Below are positions 1 through 10,009 of a stretch of DNA of 64,000 bases, piece by piece. A program made the position numbers and the translations under genes. Every line of letters begins with the position of its first letter. The first letter of the stretch is position 1. The notes below the pieces were generated by a model. The model was not told where the DNA came from. It saw only the letters and a program-made list of their open reading frames with translations, and did not search any database. Origin of the DNA: a virus (lineage: Duplodnaviria; Caudoviricetes); IMG/VR virus record IMGVR_UViG_2541047295_000015, positions 54,867 through 118,866 of that record; one strand, given 5' to 3'.

Positions 1-1
1 T

Positions 2-1489
2 GCAGATAGTAGTCTGGTTAAAGTATCATATGAAGCGACAAAAATATGGGAATACACAGGAAACACTAACAGTATATTATCAGTAGATGTAGATTCCGCT
101 AATAATTATTATATTGGAAGTGCTGATGAGAGTATAAAAAAATTATCTAAAAATGGATCATTAATATGGAGTTATATGGACAACATGGGTTCAGTTTATT
201 CAGTGTGTATTGATTCTAACAATAATCTAATAAGTGGTGGAAACGATAAGATTATAAGAAAGTTTAATCCTAATGGCGAGATAATCTGGAAATCTATAAG
301 CCTTTCTACTATATTTTCTTTAACAGTTAATAATGAAAATGAAATATATTGTGGATGTGATGATAAAACTATAAAAAAGATATCTCATAATGGATTAAAA
401 ATATATGAATTTATGGTACACACTAATCGAGTAGAAACTGTAACTTTAGATAGTAAAAATAACATACTAAGTGGTAGTAGTGACAATACCTTAAAAAAAT
501 TTCAACAAAATTTAGGTATTCTAGTTACAAAAGATAACCAAAGCGAAATACATAAGGTAACTAAATTAGGAACTCTTGTAGAAGAAGTATCTCCTTATCC
601 TGATAATATATGGACAACTAATCTTGATGTTGACATAATCATGTCAACATGTATAGATTTCAATGATAATATAATAAATTGTGATGGATTTGATAGATCA
701 GTAATTAAAACATCACCTTCAGGTGATCTTATCTGGAAATATAATTTTTTATTTAGTTTAGGTATATATTCAGTATGTACTAATAATGACGGTTTAGTGT
801 ACTGTGGAGGCATCAGCAATCTAATGTTTTTATCTGATCCTGATGTTGTTTCTAATGAATTGCCTTTACATTCAGATATCATTATTAGTCTAGCAATTGA
901 TAATAGTAATAATTTAATAAGTGGTAGTTATGATAATACTATTATAAAAACATCATTAGAAAGAGACGATACATTCATGAAGTCACTCTGGACATTTACA
1001 GGACATACTGATCATATTACTGTAGTTACAGTTGATTTACATGATAATGTGTATAGTGCTAGCAATGATAAAACAGTAAGAAAAATATCTTCTGATGGCG
1101 TTGAAATATGGAGATTTATAGGGCATACTGATTCTGTAAATTCAGTATGTGTAGATTCTAAATATAATGTATATAGTGCTAGTAATGATAAAACAATAAG
1201 AAAAATATCTTCTGATGGCGTTGAAATATGGAAGTTTTCAGGTCACACTGATTCTGTAAACTCTGTATGTGTAGATTCAGAGTTTAATATTTATAGTGGC
1301 GGATCTGATAGTACAATAAGAAAAATAGCCAATAATGGTGTTGAGATATGGAAATCAACATCTTTTACTAAGTCAATTAAATCAATATTATTAGATTCAT
1401 CTAATAATATTGTTATAACTTATAATCTTAATACTATAAGTAAATTGAAAAATACACATGTATTACAAAAAGTAGCTTATTATAACTAA
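2..1489 (+). CDS. WD40/beta-propeller repeat protein, probably tail/receptor-binding (5'-truncated by window edge)
   Basis: Frame is open from base 2, in frame with the 176 ORF. Repeated 'GHTDSVNSVCVDS..IYSAS.DKTIRK' WD40-like blades. Lies in the tail module. Confidence 0.75.
   Translation, partial: ADSSLVKVSYEATKIWEYTGNTNSILSVDVDSANNYYIGSADESIKKLSKNGSLIWSYMDNMGSVYSVCIDSNNNLISGGNDKIIRKFNPNGEIIWKSISLSTIFSLTVNNENEIYCGCDDKTIKKISHNGLKIYEFMVHTNRVETVTLDSKNNILSGSSDNTLKKFQQNLGILVTKDNQSEIHKVTKLGTLVEEVSPYPDNIWTTNLDVDIIMSTCIDFNDNIINCDGFDRSVIKTSPSGDLIWKYNFLFSLGIYSVCTNNDGLVYCGGISNLMFLSDPDVVSNELPLHSDIIISLAIDNSNNLISGSYDNTIIKTSLERDDTFMKSLWTFTGHTDHITVVTVDLHDNVYSASNDKTVRKISSDGVEIWRFIGHTDSVNSVCVDSKYNVYSASNDKTIRKISSDGVEIWKFSGHTDSVNSVCVDSEFNIYSGGSDSTIRKIANNGVEIWKSTSFTKSIKSILLDSSNNIVITYNLNTISKLKNTHVLQKVAYYN
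1040..1351 (+). repeat. ~120-bp tandem repeat (about 2.5-3 copies) encoding identical propeller blades
   Basis: 'aagaaaaatatcttctgatggcgttgaaatatgg' recurs at ~1078 and ~1198, with a diverged copy at ~1318. Confidence 0.85.
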
Positions 1490-1506
1490 TTTTAGGAGGA
1501 AATAGA

Positions 1507-1839
1507 ATGCAAAAATACTTAACAGGATTGGAACATAAGGAAGGTAACATTTATAAAGTGAATTTAATACATAATATGCCATTTGATAAAGTTAATGGCT
1601 TAGGAAAATCAGCTCAAGAATTGGAATTGAATGGTGTTCTAATTGACACATTAATTGAAGCTGAACATAAGGAAGGGTTTGCATCTATTATGTATGTAGA
1701 TAAGACAACAAAAGAGATTACATATGAGTATGTAGAAATACCATTGACACCAGAACAAGAAGCTCTAAAGAAAGTCAAAGAATTAGAATTAGAAAATGCT
1801 AATACAAACTACGCACTAATGATGGGAGGATTAATATAA
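1507..1839 (+). CDS. Phage tail-associated hypothetical protein (fibre chaperone-like)
   Basis: RBS AGGAGG. C-terminal coiled-coil. Lies between the fibre-like gene and XkdX. Confidence 0.55.
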   Translation: MQKYLTGLEHKEGNIYKVNLIHNMPFDKVNGLGKSAQELELNGVLIDTLIEAEHKEGFASIMYVDKTTKEITYEYVEIPLTPEQEALKKVKELELENANTNYALMMGGLI

Positions 1840-1976
1840 TGTTAGGATTTGAAAAAATAAAATACTATTATAATAATAACATGTGGACTAAAGAAATGGT
1901 TAAAAATGCAGTACTTAAAGAAAAGATAACAGCGAAGGAATATAAAGAAATAATAGGCGAGGACTATATAGCATAG
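1839..1976 (+). CDS. XkdX family protein (45 aa)
   Basis: MLGFEKIKYYYNNNMWTKEMVKNAVLKEKITAKEYKEIIGEDYIA. Overlapping TAATG stop/start. XkdX-type pattern. Absent from the ORF track. Confidence 0.8.
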   Translation: MLGFEKIKYYYNNNMWTKEMVKNAVLKEKITAKEYKEIIGEDYIA

Positions 1977-2048
1977 TTCTTTTTTTATTGAAATAAACTG
2001 AGAAGCATATTTATATGTAGTTCTTTAAATAAAAAAGAAGGTGATAAA

Positions 2049-4376
2049 TTGTTAAATGAAGATGTAGTAAAAAACATTAATAGATTAGATAAAGAGCAGG
2101 ATGACATTAATTTAGAACTTAGTAAAAAAGCAAGTAAGGAAGATTTAGAAAAAGTAATACAAAATGGTACTAATGTAGCTGTATCTAAAGATATTTCAAC
2201 AAGTGATTGGATACTAGAAGAAAGTACATATACAACTATAATTGAACATAACCTTGTAACTAGAAAAGTACTTATAAGCTTAATTGATAAAACTACTAAT
2301 AACAATGTATTTTGTTCATATAAAATTTTAGATGATAATAGGATAAAAGTTTTTAATGAAACCAATGATGAGCTTGAATGTATAGTTGTAAATGGAAACT
2401 CAGCTATAAATATGACTTCAGCAACTATTGATGATAAGAGAAGTACTGAAACAACCACTTATTCTTCTATAAAGATAGAAGCTTTATTAAAATCCTTAGA
2501 AAATAAAATTGATGATATAGAAAATCTCAAGGAAGTTGACAATATAAAATGTAGTACAGATATAGGAGAATATACTATAGAAAATAGTAAGAAAGGTTAT
2601 CTAACTAATTTTAATATAGAAGGAAAGACTCTAATTGATTTATGGGGAAAAACTAGTTCAGATTTTTCTTTATGGAAAACCACTTTTTTAGATGGAAAAA
2701 TAAACATACTAACAGAAAATGATATAAGATATTCTAATTTTTTTACTACCAATTATACTTTATATAAACCAGATACTATATATACAATAATAGTTGATGT
2801 TGATAAAAATACTTTACCTAGTACAAGTGGAATATATATTCATAGTTTAGGAGAAGAAAATTCAGTATTTATTCCTAATCTGACAAATATAGCTATATTA
2901 GGAGGAGTGATTGGGAAATTCAGATATACATTTACAACAATATCAGACTTAAGTGATTGTAATGTGGCCTTAAGGAGTGTTTTAGATAATGATACACTTG
3001 CATCTGGTTATGAAGTAAGTTTGAAAATTACCATATTAGAAGGAAATTATACAGATATTAATATAAATTACTCTAATGAACTATTAAGTGTTGGGCAAAG
3101 AGATAAAGTGGAGCTTTTAAGTTATCCATATAGTGGAATTAATATCTTTAATAAGAATGCCAATTTTAAAGATAATTATATTTTACAATATCTTAATGGA
3201 GAGGAACTTATTTCTGAGGCTAGTAATCATAAATATACATTAGACTATATAGAAATAGAACCAAATACAGAGTATACTTTTTATAATTGTAGTAGAAATA
3301 TTTGTTGGTATGATATAAATAAAAGTTTTATTCCAACACCATTAAATGAAAGAATAATAGGAGATAAAGATATTTTTTATGTTGCTAGAAGCCCTAAAAA
3401 TGCAAAGTATCTAAGAGTTACTATAATAAAAGATTTGCATGATGATGGTAATAAAACAATTATAACTAAAGGAAATAAATATGATAAAAAGAAAATTCCT
3501 TATACATTAAGAAGCTTACCAAATGGAATAAGAGATAAAATAGTCTACAAAAATGGTTCATATAAACTAATACAAAGATGTGAAGAAATAGTTTTTAATG
3601 GTAATGAAAATTGGATAGAAGTTCATGGAATGTATGAGTTTAGATTAAATTTAGATATATCTGTATTAAGATTAGATATGTCTAAGTTTGTAACTAACTT
3701 ATACAAGCAATCTCATGTAGACTATATATATAATGTTCAAACTGAATCAGCATTATCTATATCAACAGAAAATGGAATAGGTGTAATAGATATAGTAGAT
3801 ACTTCAATATCTCCTTTTAACATTGCTAACTTTAAAGAAAAATTAAAGAAAAATCCTTTGAAAATAATTTATGAATTAGAAACACCAAGAGAAATTAAAC
3901 TTAGTCTACTAAATTTGGAGCAATATGATAATCAAACTAGATTTATTTGTAACTCAGGCATTGCGATACCAAATATTAGTTTTGAAAGGACACAAAATTT
4001 AGGTAGCCATATAGAAGTTATTAGAGAGAATTTAAAATCAATAATTAAAACTGAAAGTAATATTGATTTTAAATTTATAAATGGATGGGATAAAGTGTGG
4101 CAATCAGCTACTATTACAAAGGTAGGAAAGTATTTATTTATAAACATGATTGTAACAAAAAATACATCAGCTACTGTTTTAGAAGAAGCAATAATTAAAT
4201 TACCTTTAGGAATATCAAGACAAAACTATTCTTGTCCAGTTATGAATTCTTCTTGTGAACAAGTTGACACTGTAGGGATAGCTTGTGTAAATAATACTAT
4301 ACTAATGTTAACTCCAGGTCATGATATTACGAATAAAGGAATTTTAATTAGTGTTGTTGTAAATTTGGAGGTCTAA
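2049..4376 (+). CDS. Tail fibre / receptor-binding protein
   Basis: 775 aa. 'LRSLPNGIRDKI' and 'IIYELETP' segments typical of clostridial phage tail fibres. Lies just before the lysis genes. Confidence 0.6.
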   Translation: MLNEDVVKNINRLDKEQDDINLELSKKASKEDLEKVIQNGTNVAVSKDISTSDWILEESTYTTIIEHNLVTRKVLISLIDKTTNNNVFCSYKILDDNRIKVFNETNDELECIVVNGNSAINMTSATIDDKRSTETTTYSSIKIEALLKSLENKIDDIENLKEVDNIKCSTDIGEYTIENSKKGYLTNFNIEGKTLIDLWGKTSSDFSLWKTTFLDGKINILTENDIRYSNFFTTNYTLYKPDTIYTIIVDVDKNTLPSTSGIYIHSLGEENSVFIPNLTNIAILGGVIGKFRYTFTTISDLSDCNVALRSVLDNDTLASGYEVSLKITILEGNYTDININYSNELLSVGQRDKVELLSYPYSGINIFNKNANFKDNYILQYLNGEELISEASNHKYTLDYIEIEPNTEYTFYNCSRNICWYDINKSFIPTPLNERIIGDKDIFYVARSPKNAKYLRVTIIKDLHDDGNKTIITKGNKYDKKKIPYTLRSLPNGIRDKIVYKNGSYKLIQRCEEIVFNGNENWIEVHGMYEFRLNLDISVLRLDMSKFVTNLYKQSHVDYIYNVQTESALSISTENGIGVIDIVDTSISPFNIANFKEKLKKNPLKIIYELETPREIKLSLLNLEQYDNQTRFICNSGIAIPNISFERTQNLGSHIEVIRENLKSIIKTESNIDFKFINGWDKVWQSATITKVGKYLFINMIVTKNTSATVLEEAIIKLPLGISRQNYSCPVMNSSCEQVDTVGIACVNNTILMLTPGHDITNKGILISVVVNLEV

Positions 4377-4379
4377 AGT

Positions 4380-4715
4380 ATGGATAAAATGAAATTTAAA
4401 ATAATAAAAGAGCATAATTTCTCAAAAGAAGAAATTGACAACATAGAAATTGACAATTTTTTTATTACAGGTAATGGACAATTATGGACTCCTTTAATAA
4501 GCAAAGAAGGAGAGCTAATTAAGACAGGTGAACAATCTTATAACGAATGGTTAGAATTACAAAAGAATCCACCTAATCCAGAACCATCAATTGAAGAAAT
4601 AAATGCAAATAAAATCACAGTTTTAATAGAAAATCAAAAGGAGCAAGATAATCTTTTAATAGATAATGCTTATAGAATCGCTATGTTAGAACTTAACACA
4701 AACAATGTGTTATAA
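4380..4715 (+). CDS. Tail-associated hypothetical protein
   Basis: RBS GGAGG. C-terminal coiled-coil. Same position as 1507..1839 in the first cassette. Confidence 0.55.
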   Translation: MDKMKFKIIKEHNFSKEEIDNIEIDNFFITGNGQLWTPLISKEGELIKTGEQSYNEWLELQKNPPNPEPSIEEINANKITVLIENQKEQDNLLIDNAYRIAMLELNTNNVL

Positions 4716-4741
4716 AATTATAAAAACTTGGAGGAAAGAAT

Positions 4742-4912
4742 ATGTATAATATTTTAAAAAGAATGATTGAGCAAAAGAGCTTTGATACTAAAGAGAAATT
4801 ACAAACTAAGTTGGATGTATTTTATGCTATGAATAGGATAAAAGAAAGTGAGTACACAGAGTTAACGACTTTATTAAATAAAGAAGGAACAGTAGTAGAG
4901 CCAACAATATAG
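4742..4912 (+). CDS. Small phage protein (56 aa), positional equivalent of XkdX
   Basis: RBS GGAGG. MYNILKRMIEQKSFDTKEKLQTKLDVFYAMNRIKESEYTELTTLLNKEGTVVEPTI. Confidence 0.7.
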   Translation: MYNILKRMIEQKSFDTKEKLQTKLDVFYAMNRIKESEYTELTTLLNKEGTVVEPTI

Positions 4913-4985
4913 GTTCTTTTTTTATGTTTAAATTTAGAGGGCTGACTAATCTCAGCCTTTTTATTTATTGAAAGGAGTGGTAATT

Positions 4986-5798
4986 TTGAACATAAAAACA
5001 TTAACAATCCATGCAGGTCATAATCCAGATTATAAGGTCGGCTCTGGAGCAGTAGGTAATATAAAAGAATCTACAGAGGCAAGAAATGTACTAAAATATC
5101 TAATATCTTTAACTCAAAAAGAGTGTAAAGTATATGATTGTACTTGTAATGATGGAACTTCTCAGAGTGATATATTGAATAAAATTATAGCTAAATGTAA
5201 TTCATATAACTCAGATTTAAATGTAAGTGTTCATTTTAACTCAGGTGGAGGTAGAGGTGTAGAAGTCTTAGTATATAATTTAAATGACAAAGAAACCGTT
5301 GAAATAGCTTCAAGAATTTGTGAACAAATAACAAAAACTTACCATGCTAAATGGGATAAAGCTTTTAAAAACAGAGGTGTCAAAGAAAAGAAAACTCTAG
5401 CATTTTTAAGAAGAACAAAAGCAAAATCACTTTTAGTTGAATGTTGCTTTGTAGATACAGATGATACTAAAAATTATAATGCTAAAGATATGGCCATAGA
5501 TATTGCCGAAGGAATATTTAATAAACCTATAAATCAAACACAGGAGGAAAAAATGAAATATACAATAGTTTATGAAGGAGAAGTTGATAAAGCTATAGCT
5601 AATGTAATGGCCATAAATTATAAATCTTATGAAGTCTATGTATGTGAGTTAAAAAATTACATACCTGGCCATTGTCAAAACCTTTATGTAATAGGTTCAG
5701 CCAGTGACAAAATTAAGACTAGTGAAAGATTCACTAAGTTACAAGGTGATGACAGATGGGCTACACTTTATAAAGTATTAGATTTTATAGGGAAGTAG
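4986..5798 (+). CDS. Endolysin, N-acetylmuramoyl-L-alanine amidase (Amidase_3, CD27L-like)
   Basis: HAGH, E, SVHFN and LVECCFVD amidase motifs. RBS AAAGGAG favours the TTG start at 4986. Confidence 0.9.
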   Translation: MNIKTLTIHAGHNPDYKVGSGAVGNIKESTEARNVLKYLISLTQKECKVYDCTCNDGTSQSDILNKIIAKCNSYNSDLNVSVHFNSGGGRGVEVLVYNLNDKETVEIASRICEQITKTYHAKWDKAFKNRGVKEKKTLAFLRRTKAKSLLVECCFVDTDDTKNYNAKDMAIDIAEGIFNKPINQTQEEKMKYTIVYEGEVDKAIANVMAINYKSYEVYVCELKNYIPGHCQNLYVIGSASDKIKTSERFTKLQGDDRWATLYKVLDFIGK

Positions 5799-5809
5799 GA
5801 GGTAATGAA

Positions 5810-6427
5810 TTGAATATATTAGATAAATCAACCGCAAAATTAGAACAAGTCTTTGCATATTTAGATACATTAAATAATAACTCTAATCCACCACACTATT
5901 TATGTAAGGCTATAGTACCAATAATATACAAAGAAGCAGAGAAAAAAGGTGTAAATCCAGTTATTGCAATTGCTCAAGCATTTGTAGAAACTGGATATTT
6001 TAATTTTGGTAGAGTTTTAAATCCTTCATATTGCAATGTATGTGGACTTAAAGGTAATAAAGGTGGTGGAGATTTAGACCCATCAGCTCATACAAGATTT
6101 AGTTGTTGGGAAGATGGAGTGGCAGCATTTATAGACCATCTAGCCCTATATGCTGGAGCTAAAGGTTATCCAAAATATAACGAATTAGTTGGTAAAAATG
6201 AATACAAAGTTAATGGAGTTACATTAGATCCTAGACATTTCCCATATTTACATGGAGAAGCTAAGATAGTTGAGAGTTTATCTGGTAAATGGTGTCCAGA
6301 TATGGGCTATGGTCAAAACATAATAAATATATGCAATAAGATAAATTCAATGAAAATAGAAAATAATGATATGAAGTTAGAGCAAGTAAAAATTAAAGTA
6401 AAAGAATTAAGTGACATTCTTGGATAG
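5810..6427 (+). CDS. Glucosaminidase-domain (GH73-like) lysin
   Basis: 'IAIAQAFVETG', 'NVCGLK', 'RFSCWEDGV' motifs. Confidence 0.8.
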   Translation: MNILDKSTAKLEQVFAYLDTLNNNSNPPHYLCKAIVPIIYKEAEKKGVNPVIAIAQAFVETGYFNFGRVLNPSYCNVCGLKGNKGGGDLDPSAHTRFSCWEDGVAAFIDHLALYAGAKGYPKYNELVGKNEYKVNGVTLDPRHFPYLHGEAKIVESLSGKWCPDMGYGQNIINICNKINSMKIENNDMKLEQVKIKVKELSDILG

Positions 6428-6438
6428 GAGGAAGTTAT

Positions 6439-6690
6439 ATGGATATAATGCAGTTTATACCTCAAAATTTGATAATGCTAATAGGAGGTCTTTACATATT
6501 GGGGACTTTTATAAAAGAATCAAATATTAAAAATAAATATATACCTTTTACATTATTGATTATATCAATAATAAGTAGTTGTTTATTTATGAAAGAGTTG
6601 TCAATAGAGGCTATCTTTGAAGGTATTTTATGCTGGGGAGCGTCTATAGGTATAAGTCAAATACAAGTACAAAACAAAAAGGAAAAGTAG
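6439..6690 (+). CDS. Holin
   Basis: Small multi-TM protein with 'NKYIP' motif and basic C-terminus, inside the lysis module. Confidence 0.8.
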   Translation: MDIMQFIPQNLIMLIGGLYILGTFIKESNIKNKYIPFTLLIISIISSCLFMKELSIEAIFEGILCWGASIGISQIQVQNKKEK

Positions 6691-7002
6691 ATGTTATCTA
6701 AAGAAATGATTGAATTATTAAGCCAATATGGATATACGGCTATACTATTAACGATAGTAATGTTATGGTTTGGCAGATATTTAGAAAAGAATAGACAACT
6801 AGAGCAGGATGACAGAAAAAAGGAAAGAGCTTATTTTTCAAGAGAAATTAAAGAGCAGAGAACTTTATTTGGTAATACAATAGATAAATTTGATGATAAA
6901 TTAGATAAATTTGCAGAAGCATTAAACACTAATAATAGTAGACTTGAAAGAGTTGAAACAGACATAACAGAAATAAAAGATAGATTAAAGGCTAGAGATT
7001 AA
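6691..7002 (+). CDS. BhlA/UviB-like holin
   Basis: Single N-terminal TM after 'LSQYG', followed by a coiled-coil. Confidence 0.65.
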   Translation: MLSKEMIELLSQYGYTAILLTIVMLWFGRYLEKNRQLEQDDRKKERAYFSREIKEQRTLFGNTIDKFDDKLDKFAEALNTNNSRLERVETDITEIKDRLKARD

Positions 7003-7032
7003 TTTTTCTAGTCTTTTTAAGGAAGTGAGATA

Positions 7033-7971
7033 TTGACAACATTTGAAAAGAGAAGTAAAAGAATTAAAATAGATGGAGATATAAACAAAAATAATGAGAA
7101 ATTAATAAAAGGATTTCTTCAAGCTAAGAAAATAGCTGGATTAAGCGAAAAAACTATCTATGTATATAGGTGTGATTTAAATACATGGTCTAGATATCTA
7201 CATGATGAAATGGGTGATTTACTTATTGAAGATTGTACTGAAGACGATATAATGGAGTATATTTCATTTAGGATGGAAGATAATCATGTTAATAGAATCA
7301 AAGTAATATTCTCAGGCATTTCATCTCTATATGACCATCTTAGAAGGAAAAGAATCGTAAAAGAAAATCCAGTATCACTAATAGAAAGACCTAAAAAAGG
7401 ATTACCTGTTGTAGAAAAACATTTTTTAAATATAGAACAAGTTAAAGAACTACAAGATAAATTGTCAAAACAAGATGATTTGCAATTAGAAGTTTATATA
7501 AATTTTGCTTTGTCAACTGCTGGTAGAGTTACAGCTACAAGTAATCTGACTTGGGAAAATATAGACTTTGATAATAGAGTATGTGAGAATATCAAGGAAA
7601 AAGGTGGAAAGATAGTAGATTTTTACTTTAGTGAGAAAGTAAAAGATTTATTATTAAAACTAAAAAAACTGAGAGAAGAAGAAAATATAATAAATGATTA
7701 TGTTTTTTTAGTTAGGTATGGTGGAGAATATCATAAAGCTACATCAGATGTATTAAGAAGTTGGGCTAAGAAGGCTGGTAAATTAATATATATAGATAAT
7801 TTAGCACCTCACTCATTAAGACGAAGTTTTGCAACTATAGCTAAAGCTAATAACTTACCACTTGAAGATATCTCAACTATCCTGAATCATGAATCCACTG
7901 ATACAACTAAGATATATATAAAAGAAGATAAATGTAAAATTTCTAAATCTAAAGATTTAATAGGACTATAA
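7033..7971 (+). CDS. Tyrosine recombinase (XerC/D-like)
   Basis: TAGR, K (KEKG), HSLRR, LNH and Y catalytic motifs. Confidence 0.9.
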   Translation: MTTFEKRSKRIKIDGDINKNNEKLIKGFLQAKKIAGLSEKTIYVYRCDLNTWSRYLHDEMGDLLIEDCTEDDIMEYISFRMEDNHVNRIKVIFSGISSLYDHLRRKRIVKENPVSLIERPKKGLPVVEKHFLNIEQVKELQDKLSKQDDLQLEVYINFALSTAGRVTATSNLTWENIDFDNRVCENIKEKGGKIVDFYFSEKVKDLLLKLKKLREEENIINDYVFLVRYGGEYHKATSDVLRSWAKKAGKLIYIDNLAPHSLRRSFATIAKANNLPLEDISTILNHESTDTTKIYIKEDKCKISKSKDLIGL

Positions 7972-8029
7972 AATTAAAAAGAAGTGATATTATGGCATGT
8001 AAAGGTAAGAAAAAAGGAAATAGATAATA

Positions 8030-8086
8030 ATAAGCCCTCTAGGGATTACTCTTAATTGAGTTTTCTTTAGAGGGCTTTATTTTTTT
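8030..8086. terminator. Bidirectional intrinsic terminator
   Basis: AAGCCCTCTA...TAGAGGGCTT stem with T-tract, between convergent genes. Confidence 0.7.
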
Positions 8087-8159
8087 GTCCATAATGACTT
8101 TTTATGCAAATTTTCTATATTTGTAAAATTCCATTCATTAGTATCTTACTTTATTAAAG

Positions 8160-8495
8160 TTACGTTTTTTCATTAATAATTAAACAATATTCTAAAGAAC
8201 CAATAAAACTTTCTATAGAATTAGAGTGTACTTCTTCTAGAAATCTTTTGGTTTCAAATGCTTTATATTCTCTTTCTGTTATAAGTATTGTGTAATGAGT
8301 ATATTTCTCTATTTTTTCTGCATCCAAAAAATTCTTTTTAACTAGTCGCGATAAAAGTGTTAGAGTTGTCGTTGCCTTCCAGCCCCATGCAAATTCCATA
8401 GCATTGATAACTTCTTTAGATATTACTATATCATTTATGTGCCAAATAAACTTCATAACTTTCAATTCCGCTTTTGGTATGTTTTGTATTAACAT
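8160..8495 (-). CDS. BlaI/MecI/CopY family transcriptional regulator
   Basis: 'AELKVMKFIW...W.ATTTLTLLSRLVKKNFL' signature. Confidence 0.9.
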   Translation of the reverse strand: MLIQNIPKAELKVMKFIWHINDIVISKEVINAMEFAWGWKATTTLTLLSRLVKKNFLDAEKIEKYTHYTILITEREYKAFETKRFLEEVHSNSIESFIGSLEYCLIINEKT

Positions 8496-8696
8496 ATGAA
8501 CAACCCTTTCTAATTCAAAATAAGTAACAATTAGATTTTTAATTCCCTTACAGACAAATTCTTATGAGATTAGCTATCTTATTTGCAAAAATTATTTTAG
8601 ACTTAAATGCTCTATATAAATTATTCATGTATATAGATTATTATATTATACTGTGCAAATGGTTACAATATAAAAAACAGAAAGGAGAGTATAATT

Positions 8697-9059
8697 ATGG
8701 ATGTAGATTATAAAGCATTAGGAAAAAGAATCAAAATTGCAAGAATTAAAAATGGGATAACTCAAGAATCTGTTGCTGAGGAAATAGATATAACCCCATC
8801 TCATATGAGCAATATCGAAACTGGAAAAACAAAGGTAAGTTTGTCTGTGTTAGTTAATATTGCTAATGCTCTTTCTGTTACGATAGATGAATTGTTATGT
8901 GATAATGTATTAAATTCTAAAATTATATTTGAGGGAGAAGCTAAAGAAATTTTTAATGATTGTGATGAGTATGAAGTTAGAATACTTGTTGATGTTTTAA
9001 AGTATATGAAAGAAGCTATGCGTAAAGATAGAGAAATAAGAAATCGATTTGATATGTAA
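8697..9059 (+). CDS. XRE-family HTH regulator
   Basis: 'GITQESVAE..SHMSNIETGK' HTH_3 motif. Confidence 0.9.
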   Translation: MDVDYKALGKRIKIARIKNGITQESVAEEIDITPSHMSNIETGKTKVSLSVLVNIANALSVTIDELLCDNVLNSKIIFEGEAKEIFNDCDEYEVRILVDVLKYMKEAMRKDREIRNRFDM

Positions 9060-9310
9060 AACCCAGATTTTTTAGTTAAGTATATCAAGATTATATATTA
9101 CAGTTTCAAAAATAGAAAACATATTAAAATTCTAATTTTAACTAGTCTTTAAATTCCAATTTAAGGAATAGTATATATACGATATAAAATCTATTATATC
9201 TACTCTTTCTCATGTTATGTAATTAAAAATAAGTTATTTTATGCATTACGATTTATTATATTTAATGATATAATAAGATTAAGTATGACAATGTTGAAAG
9301 GAATGATATT

Positions 9311-9526
9311 ATGAAAGAACATGAATTAGAGATAAATATCTCAATACCAATTTCTCTAGTTATTCTTTATTTAGCTATAGTCTCTATAGTAATGCTAGGT
9401 ATGTCATCTTTAAATAATTTTGCTAACATATCATCTATACCTGTAAATGCTTTAGGTTCGACAGTTGGATTTGTTATGTTTCAACTTTTAGTTAGTTTTT
9501 TTAAAAATAGAAAATCTATAGATTAA
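9311..9526 (+). CDS. Small two-TM membrane protein
   Basis: RBS AAAGGA, upstream TGnTATAAT, two hydrophobic helices. Confidence 0.6.
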   Translation: MKEHELEINISIPISLVILYLAIVSIVMLGMSSLNNFANISSIPVNALGSTVGFVMFQLLVSFFKNRKSID

Positions 9527-9583
9527 AATATTATTTACATTAAATCTTGTTTTAATATTTTTAATTTGTGGTATAATAAAAGC

Positions 9584-9710
9584 AAGGAAATATATTTTAC
9601 TTAACTTTGAGTGATGTTTCCTTCAACAAATTATTTTGAAGATTTATTTTTCTGGAACTTTATATTAAGTTCCCAACCACTCTTAGCTGCCGACTTTGAG
9701 TGGTTTTTTA
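9584..9710 (+). ncRNA. Cis-antisense antitoxin RNA of the type I TA module
   Basis: TGnTATAAT at 9569-9577. AACCACTC...GAGTGGTT+T-tract terminator at 9675-9709, antisense to the toxin 3' half. Ends are approximate. Confidence 0.7.
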
Positions 9711-9771
9711 ATCTATCATAAATCCAACAAGCGATTAAACCTGCTATAACATTCATCATTAGATTCACCAT
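9631..9771 (-). CDS. Type I toxin-antitoxin toxin (46 aa), C. difficile prophage family
   Basis: RBS GGAGGTG. MVNLMMNVIAGLIACWIYDRLKNHSKSAAKSGWELNIKFQKNKSSK: N-terminal hydrophobic helix, NHS..KSG motif, Lys-rich tail. Confidence 0.85.
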   Translation of the reverse strand: MVNLMMNVIAGLIACWIYDRLKNHSKSAAKSGWELNIKFQKNKSSK

Positions 9772-10009
9772 AAGTTTCACCTCCTTCCTAAAAGAAAGTT
9801 AAGGTGACTTTATGGAAATACCACTCTTAGATTTTCAAATATATTCCTTGCTATATTTATTATATCATAAATATTGGAAATATAAAGTTTCAAATATCAT
9901 CTAAAATCCGACCTTCTGTACGCCATTTTAAGGCTTTATAAAAAGCTCCCTTTATGTTTATAATTGAATTTATATAAAATAAAATATATACATTTACTAA
10001 TAATAATTA

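Noticed and set aside
1040-1351. Diversity-generating retroelement TR/VR pair
   Set aside because: The repeats are tandem in-frame blades, the differences are not adenine-specific, and there is no reverse transcriptase in the window.
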